Of a stretch of DNA of 64,000 bases, positions 1 to 12,960 are shown piece after piece. Source of the DNA: Laetmonice hystrix (Eukaryota); NCBI GenBank assembly GCA_965235115.1, contig OZ249436.1, positions 53,012,001 through 53,076,000 on the forward strand, written 5' to 3'. The first letter of the stretch is position 1; each line of letters opens with the position of its first letter. The translations under genes and the position numbers were made by a program. The notes below the pieces were generated by a model. It ran no database searches. It was given only the letters and a program-made list of their open reading frames with translations, and was not told the DNA's origin.

Positions 1-4
1 ACAA

Positions 5-103
5 TATGACTCCATACAATCCGTCTACTGGGACACCATGGACAGTATGACTCCATACAATCCGTCGAGTGTAACACTACGGATGACTCCATACAATTCG
101 TCT
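5..103. repeat. Degenerate minisatellite of about 40 bp (3 copies of ATGACTCCATACAAT core), probably truncated by the window edge
   Basis: The core recurs at about 7, 47 and 83. Confidence 0.6.
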
Positions 104-125
104 ATGAGAACACTTCGGACAGTAT

Positions 126-1051
126 TAACAGTTACCCCATGTTTGCTTACGTAGTACGGAATATAACCTAGCCTTGGTTGGCCATACCACATGAGGGCGA
201 AGCCCGAATGTGGTATGGCCAACCAAGGCTAGGTTATACTCCGTACTTCGTAAAAGCAAACATGGGGCAACGATTTTATCACAGTTCCAATCCTCACATT
301 ATAGACGTGGTCATTGAATTCGGCAAAACGACTTTTGGAAGTTTTGCAGTCATTCGCTGCCATCGCGCTGTGTTTGCACAGATCTACGCCACCATGAAAA
401 CGAGGCACAGGGCGCTGCAGCCAAAACGGTAGGATAGAAAAATGACCTGTTTGACCGACAGATGGCGCGACGACTACTACTATAGGATGGCCCATCCTAC
501 CCGTTTGGTGCGAAGTCACCGAGTACGGCTTCATATCGCGTGGGCCTGGACCAATCAGAAAGCGGCATTGTTACTGGAACTGTGATAATAACAGTTACCC
601 CATGTTTGCTTACGTAGTACGGAATATAACCTAGCCTTGGTTGGCCATACCACATGAGGGCGAAGCCCGAATGTGGTATGGCCAACCAAGGCTAGGTTAT
701 ACTCCGTACTTCGTAAAAGCAAACATGGGGCAACGATTTTATCACAGTTCCAATCCTCACATTATAGACGTGGTCATTGAATACGGCAAAACGACTTTTG
801 GAAGTTTTGCAGTCATTCGCTGCCATCGCGCTGTGTTTGCACAGATCTACGCCACCATGAAAACGAGGCACAGGGCGCTGCAGCCAAAACGGTAGGATAG
901 AAAAATGACCTGTTTGACCGGCAGATGGCGCGACGACTACTACTATAGGATGGCCCATCCTACCCGTTTGGTGCGATGTCACCGAGTACGGCTTCATATC
1001 GCGTGTGCCTGGACCAATCAGAAAGCGGCATTGTTACTGGAACTGTGATAA
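126..1051. mobile_element. Head-to-tail dimer of a 463-bp non-coding element with a long hairpin and 14-bp internal inverted repeats
   Basis: Units 126-588 and 589-1051 are nearly identical. Each has a palindrome of about 140 bp (131-271, 594-734) centred on GGGC-GAA-GCCC, plus the inverted repeat TTATCACAGTTCCA (276-289) / TGGAACTGTGATAA (575-588). Confidence 0.75.
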
Positions 1052-4000
1052 GACTGTATACATTTTGTCTAGTTGGACACTGCGGAAAGTACTGTGGTAA
1101 ACTTAAGGCTAATCTCTGCAACACAAACATGGTTGAGTTGCCTAGAAGTATCGTGATTTGTGTTATGGGATTATAACACTGTATCTTTCCTTTTCTGTAA
1201 ACATTACAGGGTATGTTCGAAACAAAATGTTTAAACGTATCCAAATTAATCAAATTCTTTAATGATTGATTCTACCAAAAACAAACAGGGTCCAATCGAC
1301 TGGTCCAATTACTTCGACGCCTCCGCCAGCTGGGACCAGCTGGACCGCCACACCTGACGACCAAGCCCGGGGGAAACGTCCAAGAGAGGTACTAATTGGC
1401 CAAGGTCCGACTTTAGTCAGACAAATTCCTCTGAGACTAAGTGACTTGGACATCTACAGAGCGCGGGAGGCTGTTCTGTCTTATCTGGACGCCGGGCTGC
1501 CAGTTCACGGCAATGGTTTAATGAAGCGTGCGCCAGAAGACCCTTTAGTCCGGAGGCAAGCCTTTCATCTCACAATTCTTTTATACTCGACGACGCACCC
1601 TGGTGGTCACGTCAAAATGCTCTACACTCATTTCGGCTTGCATTGCATTGCAGTTTCGAGAATTCCTACACGCTAATGATAAGAGGGTGACCGAAATGAG
1701 GTTGATCTGGTTATGAGGAAGATATCCTACAGAGACGAGGCCATTTTAAAGGGGAGAATTCTGGGAACTGGCTACTAAACCTAGCAGAGATAGCAGGTCA
1801 ATCAGGCCTGAGTGCACGTGTACATTTATTATGATATAAAAGCAGTCGTCTGTAACCGAAACCAACTAGACTCTATAAGAACTGCCCAAGATAGCACCTT
1901 AATCAAATATAAAATTCAACATTTTTCAGGGTAGCCCCCCCCCCCCCCCCCGGGCATTGTAGCAAGGCTTTTACATACGAAGTGCGTTACGGCTAGAAAG
2001 GAAAACGTGGCGTTTGGGGTTCAAGTTTTTCTTATGATATCTTTTTCCTAGCTGTACTTCTGAATTATAACCCATCATGCATGTGCATGGCGCCAAGGTG
2101 TGTAAACGTCCAAATGAAAATAATACAGAAGCAGGGGTGAGCTACCTCATTGGGAAAGTAGTAGACAGAGTATCCGTCTCTGTACTACAGTATACAGAGA
2201 CGGACGCCACTTAGTGCAAGTTCCTGGTGTGTTCGGTCAAATCATCCAACCACCATGAAAACCCCTCCCCTGCCCATATATCTGGACTGAATATTGATAA
2301 ACACGCTTAAAGTAACGTATCTCACTTATTTCCAAGTTTGGAAAGCACGACGAGACATAATAAGGGCAGCACAAAGTCTGGAATCGATGAATTTCGCTCT
2401 CTGCCTATCGCGGCCATTTTGACCTCCCGGGTCAGGGAGTAGCCTGGTACCCTGCCTAACAGACGCGTCCGCTATGTTACGACATACGTAGAGCAGGGGA
2501 CCTTGCTAGGTCAGAGAGATGCATGCTGGGACATAAACAGGCAACGAAAGCCGCAGCGGTACGACACTTCGGAATTTGATGTTTTATCCTTAAAATACTT
2601 GTCGGGTCACTAAAAGAAGACGTTGCACGTGATAAATGGATGCCAGTGAGTTGATCGGTACATGAATTTGCGCTGCCACTGACACACCAATTTTTAACAT
2701 TGAGTGGTCGTAAGCCTCACTGGCTGAGACTTACTACGTAAGCTAGGAAAGTAGGAATGGTGTTTTGGTCACAAATCAGTATAACGTCACTGACTCTATA
2801 ATAGATTTACATGACTGCCCTACAAGTAACAAATATGTGAGAGCTGTGGGATATGACAGAACGTACCTTTAATTGGCAGTATGAATCAGATTTACAAATT
2901 GCTGCGGCGTCCAAATTTATAACAAAGAACGCATCTTTGTTTGCCATTACCAACGGTCCTCAGTGTCCTGTTAAATTGCCCATTGTGTGGGTCTTACTCT
3001 CCGGAATGATACAGTATACTAGCTGTAGAACTTCTTGTTAAAGATTTAGAACAATTACAGGAAAGGTTATCTATTGTGCTATTGTAAGTTAAGGTTAAAT
3101 ATAATTTTATTTATAATTAATTGCTGTCACGTGTCAACAGCAAGTCCCTGGACATTTTCTGTTAATGATACCAACTCATAATTGAAGAAGTAATTTATAT
3201 AAAAGGAAATTTCAACACCTTATTACGTTTCTGAACTTTACTGAAACTTACATTGAGTGAAACACCCCAAATCAATCAATCTTTGATTATTAAGGTCTTG
3301 TCCTAAGCAATACTTTCCATATTGGAAGTACCAAGTGTGAGAGAAGCCATGGTGTCAATACAAAAATATGCCCAGATCTCATTATGTGAATTAGTTCCCT
3401 AGTTCTAGAAACCCAACACAATCACATTGCATACTGGAAAACGGTCTATTGATGCACACGTACAACAAAGCTTTCTAAATGTGTTGGCGCATGTGTGCTT
3501 TTATTGGATGCATTAAGAATCAAATCCTATTAAACTAATTGAAATCTTAAACAATGTACCGCATGGCTTCAGTTACAACATGCCCCATATAAAGTCAATG
3601 CCACGGTTTGTTCTTTACGATAGGCGTGATATGAAAGCCACAGGCCTAATTCCGCTGTATGCCTGTTAACCATACTTGTCAGCGCGCCTTCTCCACGGAA
3701 TTCGTGAGTACCAATCACAAGTCCTGTGCTGCATTCGTTACCACCAAACAGTTCGTTATTCCAGTCTACCGGCTTCTCGGCGTCGGTCTCATTCTTTCAA
3801 TGTCGTGCTCTAAACTTAGTGTGGCGGTGAAGCACCAATTATCTGCCTCAATGATAGAGACAGGCCGGGTGCCGCCCTAGATCTCCACGTCGGTCGTTAT
3901 AACCCACACGCATCCGTTGCCGTCAGCGGTTTCACCTGTCTGTGTATAGATTCTATTCTCCGAACGATGAGGCAAACAATTGCCTGCACTGCCCACCGCC

Positions 4001-7000
4001 AGTCGGGCGTTTGGCGCCTCTCATTAAAGAGTTGTCGCATGTGTGAATGTATTGAGTTTGTACCGATTGAGTTTGCGATGCGGATTGAAATGGAACGTTG
4101 GAGGTCGATGTCCAGCACACCTGTCCGGAATGACTCGCATGGCTCTTCCTGGCCGCCAACCGAGCCAAACACAACGAAGCGATTATCGTGCGACCACGCT
4201 GTGACCAGCTGGTCCGCGAGAAAGTTGTATTGTGGGTCAAATTTCCGTCATCTCTAACCAATCGTAGGCGGCCAATCATATATCTCCTTTCATAATGCTG
4301 CAACTTTTCCCCAATGGGAGTATACATTTTGATTTCAAATACGGACATGGCAGATCTGACGACTGATAGGGGATTATCGTGACAGGATCGTTGTAGTGGC
4401 GGCGCACTGTGTCCTGAAGGAAGGCTTGTGACCATAGCTTTGTAATGACAAGGGACTTTGAGTTACAAAATCGTAGTGACGAGGGTGTTGCACAGGTGGA
4501 GTTAATGTAAGGGACTTGTACTGAATAGGTTGGTGCTGGTAGCCTATATATTGATACTATAGCCTTCTCAATAAATGACTTAATGTAATGTTCAGTAGGA
4601 TGTAGTAATCCTATTATGATACACAGAACGAGATTGTGCTAATTACCTAATTCAGACAGTTTTAATTGTTACCGATTCTGATTATATTCGTATTCGCATA
4701 AGCAAGGACACTGCTCCAACACTGCTGCGACAGTAGCATTCTCTGATAAGGCCGATTTGTATAATCCATTCAGCACAGATACAATGTGTGGCATCGTATG
4801 CCAGCCTGCAGCCGGATGATAATCCTTGCGTCTTTCACCAACGCCCCCGAAAGGTAATTCTATTATCCGACTGCGCTCTTTGAACACTTGCCAAAGGACT
4901 ACCATTCCACCCAAGTCGCACTTTTCAACGAGCATCAATATGAATAATTCAACAACAAACCGCCACAACATGATCGATTTACCGTAAACAACTGTTTGAA
5001 GGCATCGCAGAGCCACTCCACCATTGACGTATACCTGGCCAGTGGCGCTCGCTCCTCCAGAAAGGGAAGACACTGATTGTTTAACCATGGCACTGATCCC
5101 CAATGAATGATTACGTTACGAGCATTAATCTCATGATCAGTCAGAAATGCTGCACTATTTTCGTATGCACTTTCACACTACGCCTACTTAATCGTTTCAT
5201 AACGGTGAAAGGTATTAGTAATAATAAGGGCAATGACTTTCTGCTGCAAAGAGATTTTGAATGAAGCCTGAGTTGGACATTGGGGTGGAAACAAACTACG
5301 CGCCATTTAACGAATCTCATCAATCAGGATTCAACGCATCTCCTTGCATATTGCACCTTCAAAAGCACAGATTTAATGACGCTGTGCAACTGAAATCAGA
5401 TTTACTTCAAATTCTGTTCACAAGCTGTAGACCTAAGTATATGCAACAGAACATCGTGCAACAGAGTCCCCCGTGTATCCAAATTTAGAGGGCCTGTTTT
5501 TGCTTAACGGCAATACGTGCGATACAAAACGAGTGAATTGATATTTTCAAGGACGCCACGATCTGTTTCTCTGCCTTTGTTCTCTTCAGAATTCGGCGAG
5601 AAAGGAGACATACTCCCACATAGATACATCTACTCACACATAATATCTTCTGGTTGAAATATTACTCATGTTCCGAGCTTTATACACTGAGGAATACACT
5701 GGCAGACCAAACAACATGCAGCCGAGGAATACATAGTAACATCACCTATGTACATTCAAAATTATCAACACCATGTTAATAACACCAACTCTTATCTTGG
5801 ACGATGTCTGAATATTACTTATTGTTCGAATTGCTATGGTGCGCGATTTCTGGTCCTAAATACAATAACACGAGGCCCTGCCCTTTTATAGCATACTGCA
5901 CTTTTTTTCTGAACAGTTAGATGCCAATCTGAATCAAAATTAAAGTATGACTTCAGGCTGATGGGAAATGCCAATTAGGAATCAATTTCTGACAAACTTC
6001 CAGTAACAGAATTAACGTGCCTTGTGACTGAGTCAATTTAAAACAAATCGAATGGAATCCGCAGAATCTTCCTCCGACCATCAATTTGAATGTGAGGACA
6101 CCATATAAGGTTCCGTCGGCTGAATTTCCGAAGGTATTTCAAATGGCAAGATAAAGAAACGGAATTTCATCACATTCCCACAGGATGCATTCTTCTGGAA
6201 TATTACTTTTGTGTGCAGAAAAATGTGTGTTAAAGATTAATGTGTGTTCAAAATTAATGTTGGCAATAACCTTGAAGGTGCTCCGCGGAGAAAGGTCGCT
6301 TTTCAAGTGGACGTCCTTTTTCATAGTCCTGTTCGATATTGATTCTATTTATGGATCTGAGGGTCATTAAAAAAGGGTACTTGGCGGCAATCCATCAGGG
6401 GCAAAAAACATCAATGGTCGAGTTCACGCGGTGCCAATCGGTATCCAGGTTGTTTTGTGTGTTTCGAGACATCCGCTCGTAATTAAAGTCCACATCTCAC
6501 GGCTTGGTTTGATATATACATCTAATTGGAGAATGCCGACTGTCCGTGGCCCTTGTGTTCTGTGTTGTAAAATACACGTCGACATTCTAGGCTCATCCTC
6601 CTGCCAAGGCAGACCGTCGAGATGTTTCATTAGCCCTTACAACTGCGGAGTTGCTCCACCCCGGCTTTGTACCTAGAGGTGTACGTGCTTGAAACGGCTG
6701 TGCACGCGACCGTAAACGTGCACACGCGCGTGTACAGACATGTGTAGGTCTGCAGGCGCCGACATATACCGCCTTATATAAATACACAAACGTGGCTATC
6801 TACAGGGTGGTCGAAACAAAATGCAATATCCATTTACACACTTTAAACATAACATTTGTTATTTAAATATTTAATGTAGACATATAGTGGTCTTTATTTC
6901 ATCCCTATTACTCTGCGATAATAAGCCCATTGAGACAAAACGGTATCCAGTTCACGCAATACTAGGGCATTGGCATTACATAACTACAATTATGGTGTAA

Positions 7001-7513
7001 CTCTTGTTAATTTCCGTTTGTTGTGTGTGAATGTGATTATTCACGTTTTCGGACACATGTAATCATAGCAGTGACAGGTCCATGCCGGGTTTGATTGACG
7101 GTGGTGGAGACAGGTGCAAAGATTTAACATACGATGACCCCTTCAGCCAGTATTTTCCTGGTGCCTTGTCTCTAAAGTTTAAATTTCACTTCAGATAACT
7201 TTTCTTTCAAAAAAAGAAAGCCTTTTTTTTAAATCCAGGCTTTTCTCCCGCCTTTCTCCATTGACATCATTATTTTTTCTGTGTAAAATGAACCCTCCCC
7301 AGTGGCAGTCACGTACTGTGACGTCAACAAGTTCTCTCTGAGGGGAGACAAGAAATCCTAGATCCGTCCCTGCAGTATTTAATTATGTATTAACATGTAT
7401 TTATCCTCAACACATCCAAGGAAAATCTAAACTCGATCTTGACCTGGATCAATACAGAAATATGGAAAAGACCCAGGCATGCAAGATAGTTTACAGTGCA
7501 TAATAATCTAAAC

Positions 7514-8287
7514 AGTCCTGAACAGTCGCAAAACTTCGCAACCAAGTCTTCGTTACAGATCGTCGTAATCATAGCAATGTCGTAGTGGGGTCGTGCAAAC
7601 AGCCTACGAATCCCTACGACGTCCTACGACGCCAACAATACGAACCCTTACGATAAGAAAAAGTTCGTGCGTGAGCTGCGGTACTTTTGAACATGTGCAA
7701 AACTTTCGTAGCCTCGCACGAACTGTGGCGATCTCTGGCGAACTCAGGCGGACAGTTACGAACCTTCACGAACCACTCGCAGAACCGCGCCGAACTGCAA
7801 TTCGTGACAGTTCGGGATAAAAAGCGGATAGGTGGGAACCATTCGGAAAACCTCGGCCCAACTTCCGGTCGCTTCGCCAGGCCCGGACAGTCCTGAGGTG
7901 GGCCGAATGAGGTGGGAACTTGCCACGACGAAAACGAGACTACTTGGTTGCGAACTTTTGCGACTGTTCAGGACTCCCCCCAACTACAGCTACGACACCC
8001 CAAAGTCTTCCCTCCGACTTGCCCCGATCTGATCTCGGCGTGAATCGGCGTAAAAATCGTGAAGTTGGGAAAGGGGCTTCAACAGGTCTCACATCTTCCT
8101 GAGTCAGGCGCCGAGTACGGCCCCGCGTCAAATCGTGTAAACTCGTTGTAGCACTCGTCATAGCTCGTAGTGTTTCTAGGGATAACTCCCGACAACTCGT
8201 ACTAATATCATGAGTTCACTACGAGTTTATAGCTCGGCATTGCTCGTTGTTCCTCGGGATGAAACTTGGCAAAGTGTGAGAGTAGCT
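7514..8287. mobile_element. CpG-rich non-autonomous DNA transposon remnant(s), PIF/Harbinger-like
   Basis: Internal inverted repeat AGTCCTGAACAGTCGCAAAACTTCGCAACCAAGT (about 7514-7547) versus about 7941-7975. Dense TCGT/ACGA motifs. Right-end-like sequences ...GGGAAAGGGGCT (about 8078) and ...GTGTGAGAGTAGCT (8287). No matching left ends seen. Confidence 0.5.
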
Positions 8288-10350
8288 TACACTTAATGTA
8301 TTGGCGAATATTTCAAGGTATTTCTAGACCAAATATGGCGAGTCTCCGAACCATCACACATTCACTCCGTTCCGTTTTACCATCCTCTGCCCAAAGGTGA
8401 CGAATCAGTCGAAGTCCTACAGTCATTTTTGGGCCTACGGAGCTAATATTTACAATTGCTTCTTGATGTTGACTAAATAATTGATTAGCTTGCCTAAATT
8501 ACGCGAATGGTGTCTGGAACAGCTCTGCCTGCCCAGTCATACCGTTAGTAAACGGAGTACATATCAATAATCGGGTAAAAAAAAGTGCAAATGAATAGAT
8601 GGATAGACTACGAGCTACATGGTGATTCCGTGGGAGATTCCATCGATTGAAAAGGCTCGTATCGGCCATGTTATGTGGCTGCTCATCGCCTGTTCGAGTT
8701 GTTGTGGGGAATGGGATTCACGACCGTTCAGGGGACCCCAGGGTACAACTCCTAATCCACCAGACATCATCGTGGTCATTTCGCATCGCTTGCCAACAAC
8801 TGATCTAATAGCAAAGCCGTGCTCCGAAAACAGTGTGACCCTGATGTGGTTATCAGACAAATGGCCAGCAATGTAAAATGTCATCACACGGTATTTGGGA
8901 ATAAACGGAATCTGCCCCAGCCCTCCCCGCCACCCCTCCGTATAATGGCTTCCGTGGGAATTCAGACGTTTCAACACCAGCAGGACGACGGCTGGGTTGG
9001 GCAGCGGGTGCGTGAACCAATATATGAAGTCACAGTCGCCCTAACCTCCAGTGACGTGCCCCCTCCCGCCCCCGTTATGCCCGCTAGGTGGGGCTGTATG
9101 TTGCGGCCTGCAGGGAACCCGTTCACCACACAACGCTTTCATCCCGACCGGCAAACAAATGGCACCGAACGCCAAACGCATGGGTGTGTTCAGTAATTGA
9201 GTTGGAAACCTATCACGCCGTGTTGTTGCCGCCAAGATTTTACGGCGGGTTTGACGTATTTCACGGTTCCTGGAAACTGGCAGGTGCCTACTATATTGAG
9301 TGGAAACCTCGGAGCGTGGTCAAGCAGGCCGGCTGACGCAGGCCACAACTCCCTCCGTACCGTTGGGGCAGCTGAAACGCGTTGATGTAAATCACTTTTT
9401 TCCGCTATACCTGTGATATTGCCTTCTAATCAACATGGACAGCCTTTCACCGGTTAGACCAAATATTATACAACACGTGTACACGAGCTGCAGAGGAAAT
9501 GCTGCAGTCAAGCATTTAAAATATATGATTATGAATTATAGCACGCTACACGTCCCGTGGGTGACGGAGCCTGGGGGTATTTCACCCAGTCGTTCGCTGG
9601 GTACTGGAGAAATTACAATGGCACTCAGGCCTTTTAGTATCACAATGGGTGTAGAAAGCAGAATAAATGTGTTGCTAATAAAATGGCCACCTCTGGGACA
9701 AGTCCTTCCCTGCCCTTCATACAGCACTGCTGTCGTTAAAGTTTTTGTCTCTTTCGATATTTGTGTCGGGGAGAGATAGCTTCCTTGCCTTTTTTCTAAA
9801 AGGGCTGTTCAAGAACGACCCTCATGAGGAAGATCGACTCGTGCCCAACCAAAATTCCAGAATCCAAAGCAGGCAACCAGGTTGCAAACGCCGTCTTTTG
9901 ACTGTACAGGATAACGGAACTTCTATTCGTATAAATGCGTATAAATATCCATTTGAAGTCGGCTACTTTGCAGGAGAAATCCATTGGACGAAGAGAGACC
10001 GAATGGCCCAACGAATACAAGAGTCTCGGGTTGTATTATACTGCCCCGGTATAGCCACAGGCCTAGCGAGAAGTGAGACCCATCTTCTGGACAGGTCAAA
10101 ATATAGTACACCCATGGGGGGAAAGGGGCCGCAAACAATATACAGAAGATGTTGAAGCTGTTCATGTCCGAAGTCGTGGGGATGACAACCTGTAATATAA
10201 ACTTCATTATGTAAACTGTTGAATCATTCTGTAGCACAGAGTAGAAATAGAGTTTCTGCCAAACGGGGTATGCGCATTGGTTGGACTGAACGGGTATTGG
10301 TGTATAGGTACATGTTGCTATATTACAGCAGGAAATGGATTGTGAGATAA

Positions 10351-10743
10351 GGGGTGGTTCAACATTTTCAACATTTTCACAAGCGTGCTAAAAGCAGTAC
10401 TCTTTTCGGTGACCCCCCCCCCCCCCTCCCAAAAGCGTACATAAGAAAATGTCTGTTGTATTACATTATAGAATGACCAAGGATGAGTTAAGGTCATTAC
10501 TTGTGACCACAGTTAACAGAAGAATAGGTCAGTGATGTAGGGAAGTCCATTAAAACAAATATTCCCATGAAGCCCCTGGTAAGCAGATCTTGTATATTCA
10601 TCACCCTGTGATTCGCACAAAGGGGAGAGGTGGCACGTGTGCTGCTTGACTGATCAATTACAGATCGACATTTTGGGTGAACCCCTCCCCCCTAGCGTAC
10701 GGTTTGTACGCTTGTGAAAATGTTGAAAATATTGAACCACCCC
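10351..10743. mobile_element. MITE, PIF/Harbinger-type
   Basis: TIRs of about 36 bp (GGGGTGGTTCAACATTTTCAACATTTTCACAAGCGT / ACGCTTGTGAAAATGTTGAAAATATTGAACCACCCC) flanked by TAA on both sides. Confidence 0.85.
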
Positions 10744-11482
10744 TAAGGCAGCCCGTGTCTCTGGAGGATACAGTCGCAGTGTTCCCTTATCTCAACCTTA
10801 GCGTATATCCCGACTAACACAACACATCATAACAACGTTGTCGTATAATATAACGTTCGTAAAACGTTTATTAAACATTCTTTCCTATACCTGGGGACAA
10901 GGACTACGGTATATTTTGGTTCACATAGAGTTGAACGTTTGTTTCGTTTTGAAGGGGAGGGGCATCTCATTTGGGAGATTATCGTCCCAGGTAAGTCCCA
11001 CTCAGTGGTCGTCAAAGCTGTGGTTTGACCTAGCCCGGGTTACATTGCCATAGCCTGGCCCTAAATTGCTGGCCAAATCTTGGGGGAAGTTAGCCCGGAT
11101 CAGTGGCGAGAAGCTAGGAGAAGACACGTAGTGAATGAATCCCTGCCTCTAACTATGAATTGAGAAAATGAATAATGGATGTTGGCACCTAGATGTGACT
11201 GTCGCTGAATGTTTCATGACTGACTTCTTCGATCTATCATTCCTAAAGGATACACGGTCTACAGGGAGCTTGAATGGCCTGAATTGTTGATCGAGATGCT
11301 TCGTTTTTACACCTCACAGTCCCCTTTAACTACAAAAAGTCCACTCACCTGCCGCTGTAATATTCTTCAGAAACCAATTCATGGCAGCGACTTTCCCTTT
11401 TTTCGTTTTAAGGACATGGTAGGATATTAATTGCGTGGAATCACTTTTAGGGTGGCCTCGGGTGGAATATATGGACAGAAGA

Positions 11483-11630
11483 GGGCCAGGTTTTTATTTT
11501 GCAAACCAAGTCTTAAGATTCAAATCCTAAGACTGAACTCTTGTTTCAGAGCTTCTGATTGGTCCTTCAAATGAGGTCAGCCAATGGGAGACCATAACAC
11601 AAGTCAGTCCTAAAATTCCAGACTTAAGCT
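11483..11630. mobile_element. Truncated MITE, same family as 61303-61481 (opposite orientation)
   Basis: Shares GTCTTAAGATTCAAATC..CTTCTGATTGGTCCTTCAAATG..GTCAGCCAATG with the reverse complement of 61303-61481. Confidence 0.65.
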
Positions 11631-12960
11631 TGGTCAGGGTTAAGATTAGTTAGTCAGTCGCTTTGAGTTTACGATAAACGTCTGATATAGGGATTATTAG
11701 GATATATACAGAACCATCGTGTCTTATGTTTCGCCAAAGATTATGACTTGACACTGAAGATCAAACATTTATTTGTGAGTGACTTGGAATGTTCTGAAGT
11801 GGTAACATTACAGTATAGCAGCTGTACATCCACCAGACTATACACTCGTCCTTGCTATACTCCGATCGGGCTCTTTACATTGCTTCTATGGTAATGACGA
11901 CTCAAGAAGTTAAGTGGCGAAATGTAGTCATTTTAGCCAATCAGAATCCCCTAAAGTATAGATTTAGGGCTTTTCGGTTTCCCAGCTCGCGGTTGTAGCA
12001 TTTGTTTGTGGCGAGATGGCATGAGACAACAAAGTCAGCTTTCGACACCATGAACAGTTTCCATGCAAACCATGTGTGCCGACGGTTGAGCTTATCTCTT
12101 AGCGTAACGATCCCCTAGACGCTTTCAGCGAGAGCATTCGATGCTTGAGAGCCGTGAAACTATCACTTTTAAAGGGCACTTATCCTAATTAGGCCTATCT
12201 GTCATAGACTTCCCTGAGGATAGCTGATAGGCAATGGATCTGCGCATTGGCTTCCGGCCAATTATGGGGCTGTAACACGGAAAAATATGGTCAGATTCTA
12301 GTTGAAGGAAGAATGATGCCAAAATTTTGTTTCTGTAAGAAAACTTTTTCCTCGGGAGTCAGTCCCCTAGTATTTATAACCTGAACCAGCAATGTGTCAT
12401 AACCTCTGACCCGACATTTACAGATGACATCGGTTCTATCACAGGCTAATATCACTTAGGGGTATCCTATTGAATACCGGCAGCTTGCTGAAAGAGGCAC
12501 TTTGATTATGGCCACGACCCTCTCCGCCTCCGGGTGAACTCGCAATACCGTGGAGGACGTGTGATGTCGGGAGGAGAGATAGTCTCAAATCAAATCAAAG
12601 GAAACACCACGGACCCCTTTCTCCGACCTCCCTCCAGGTCGCTAGCCACCCATCCACTTAATGACCTCTTTCATAAATAACACGCCAAATACCGAATCGT
12701 TTTGGTCGTTTTTCTATCACCCCAGTCAAAGAATACCATGGGTAAGTTTTGTGGAGCACGACCGATGTAGCGATACCAAAAAACGTTCTTATCATTATAC
12801 GCAACTGCCTATTTGCGCAAATGAGAACTACGCCCTGCTGGTCCGTCCCAACATTTGTTGTGAATTCTACGAATATGGGCCGCTGCATCCAAGGCATGCA
12901 TATCTTGGATACTGTATATAATGGACACAAAGGGCGTGCGTTGGAGTAATAATAAAAAAA

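Noticed and set aside
25..997. Duplicated MAIPH... ORFs on both strands
   Set aside because: Artefacts of the palindrome and the 463-bp duplication, with non-ATG starts.
3897..4435. Overlapping 90-160 aa ORFs
   Set aside because: No recognisable domain and no consistent splice or frame model.
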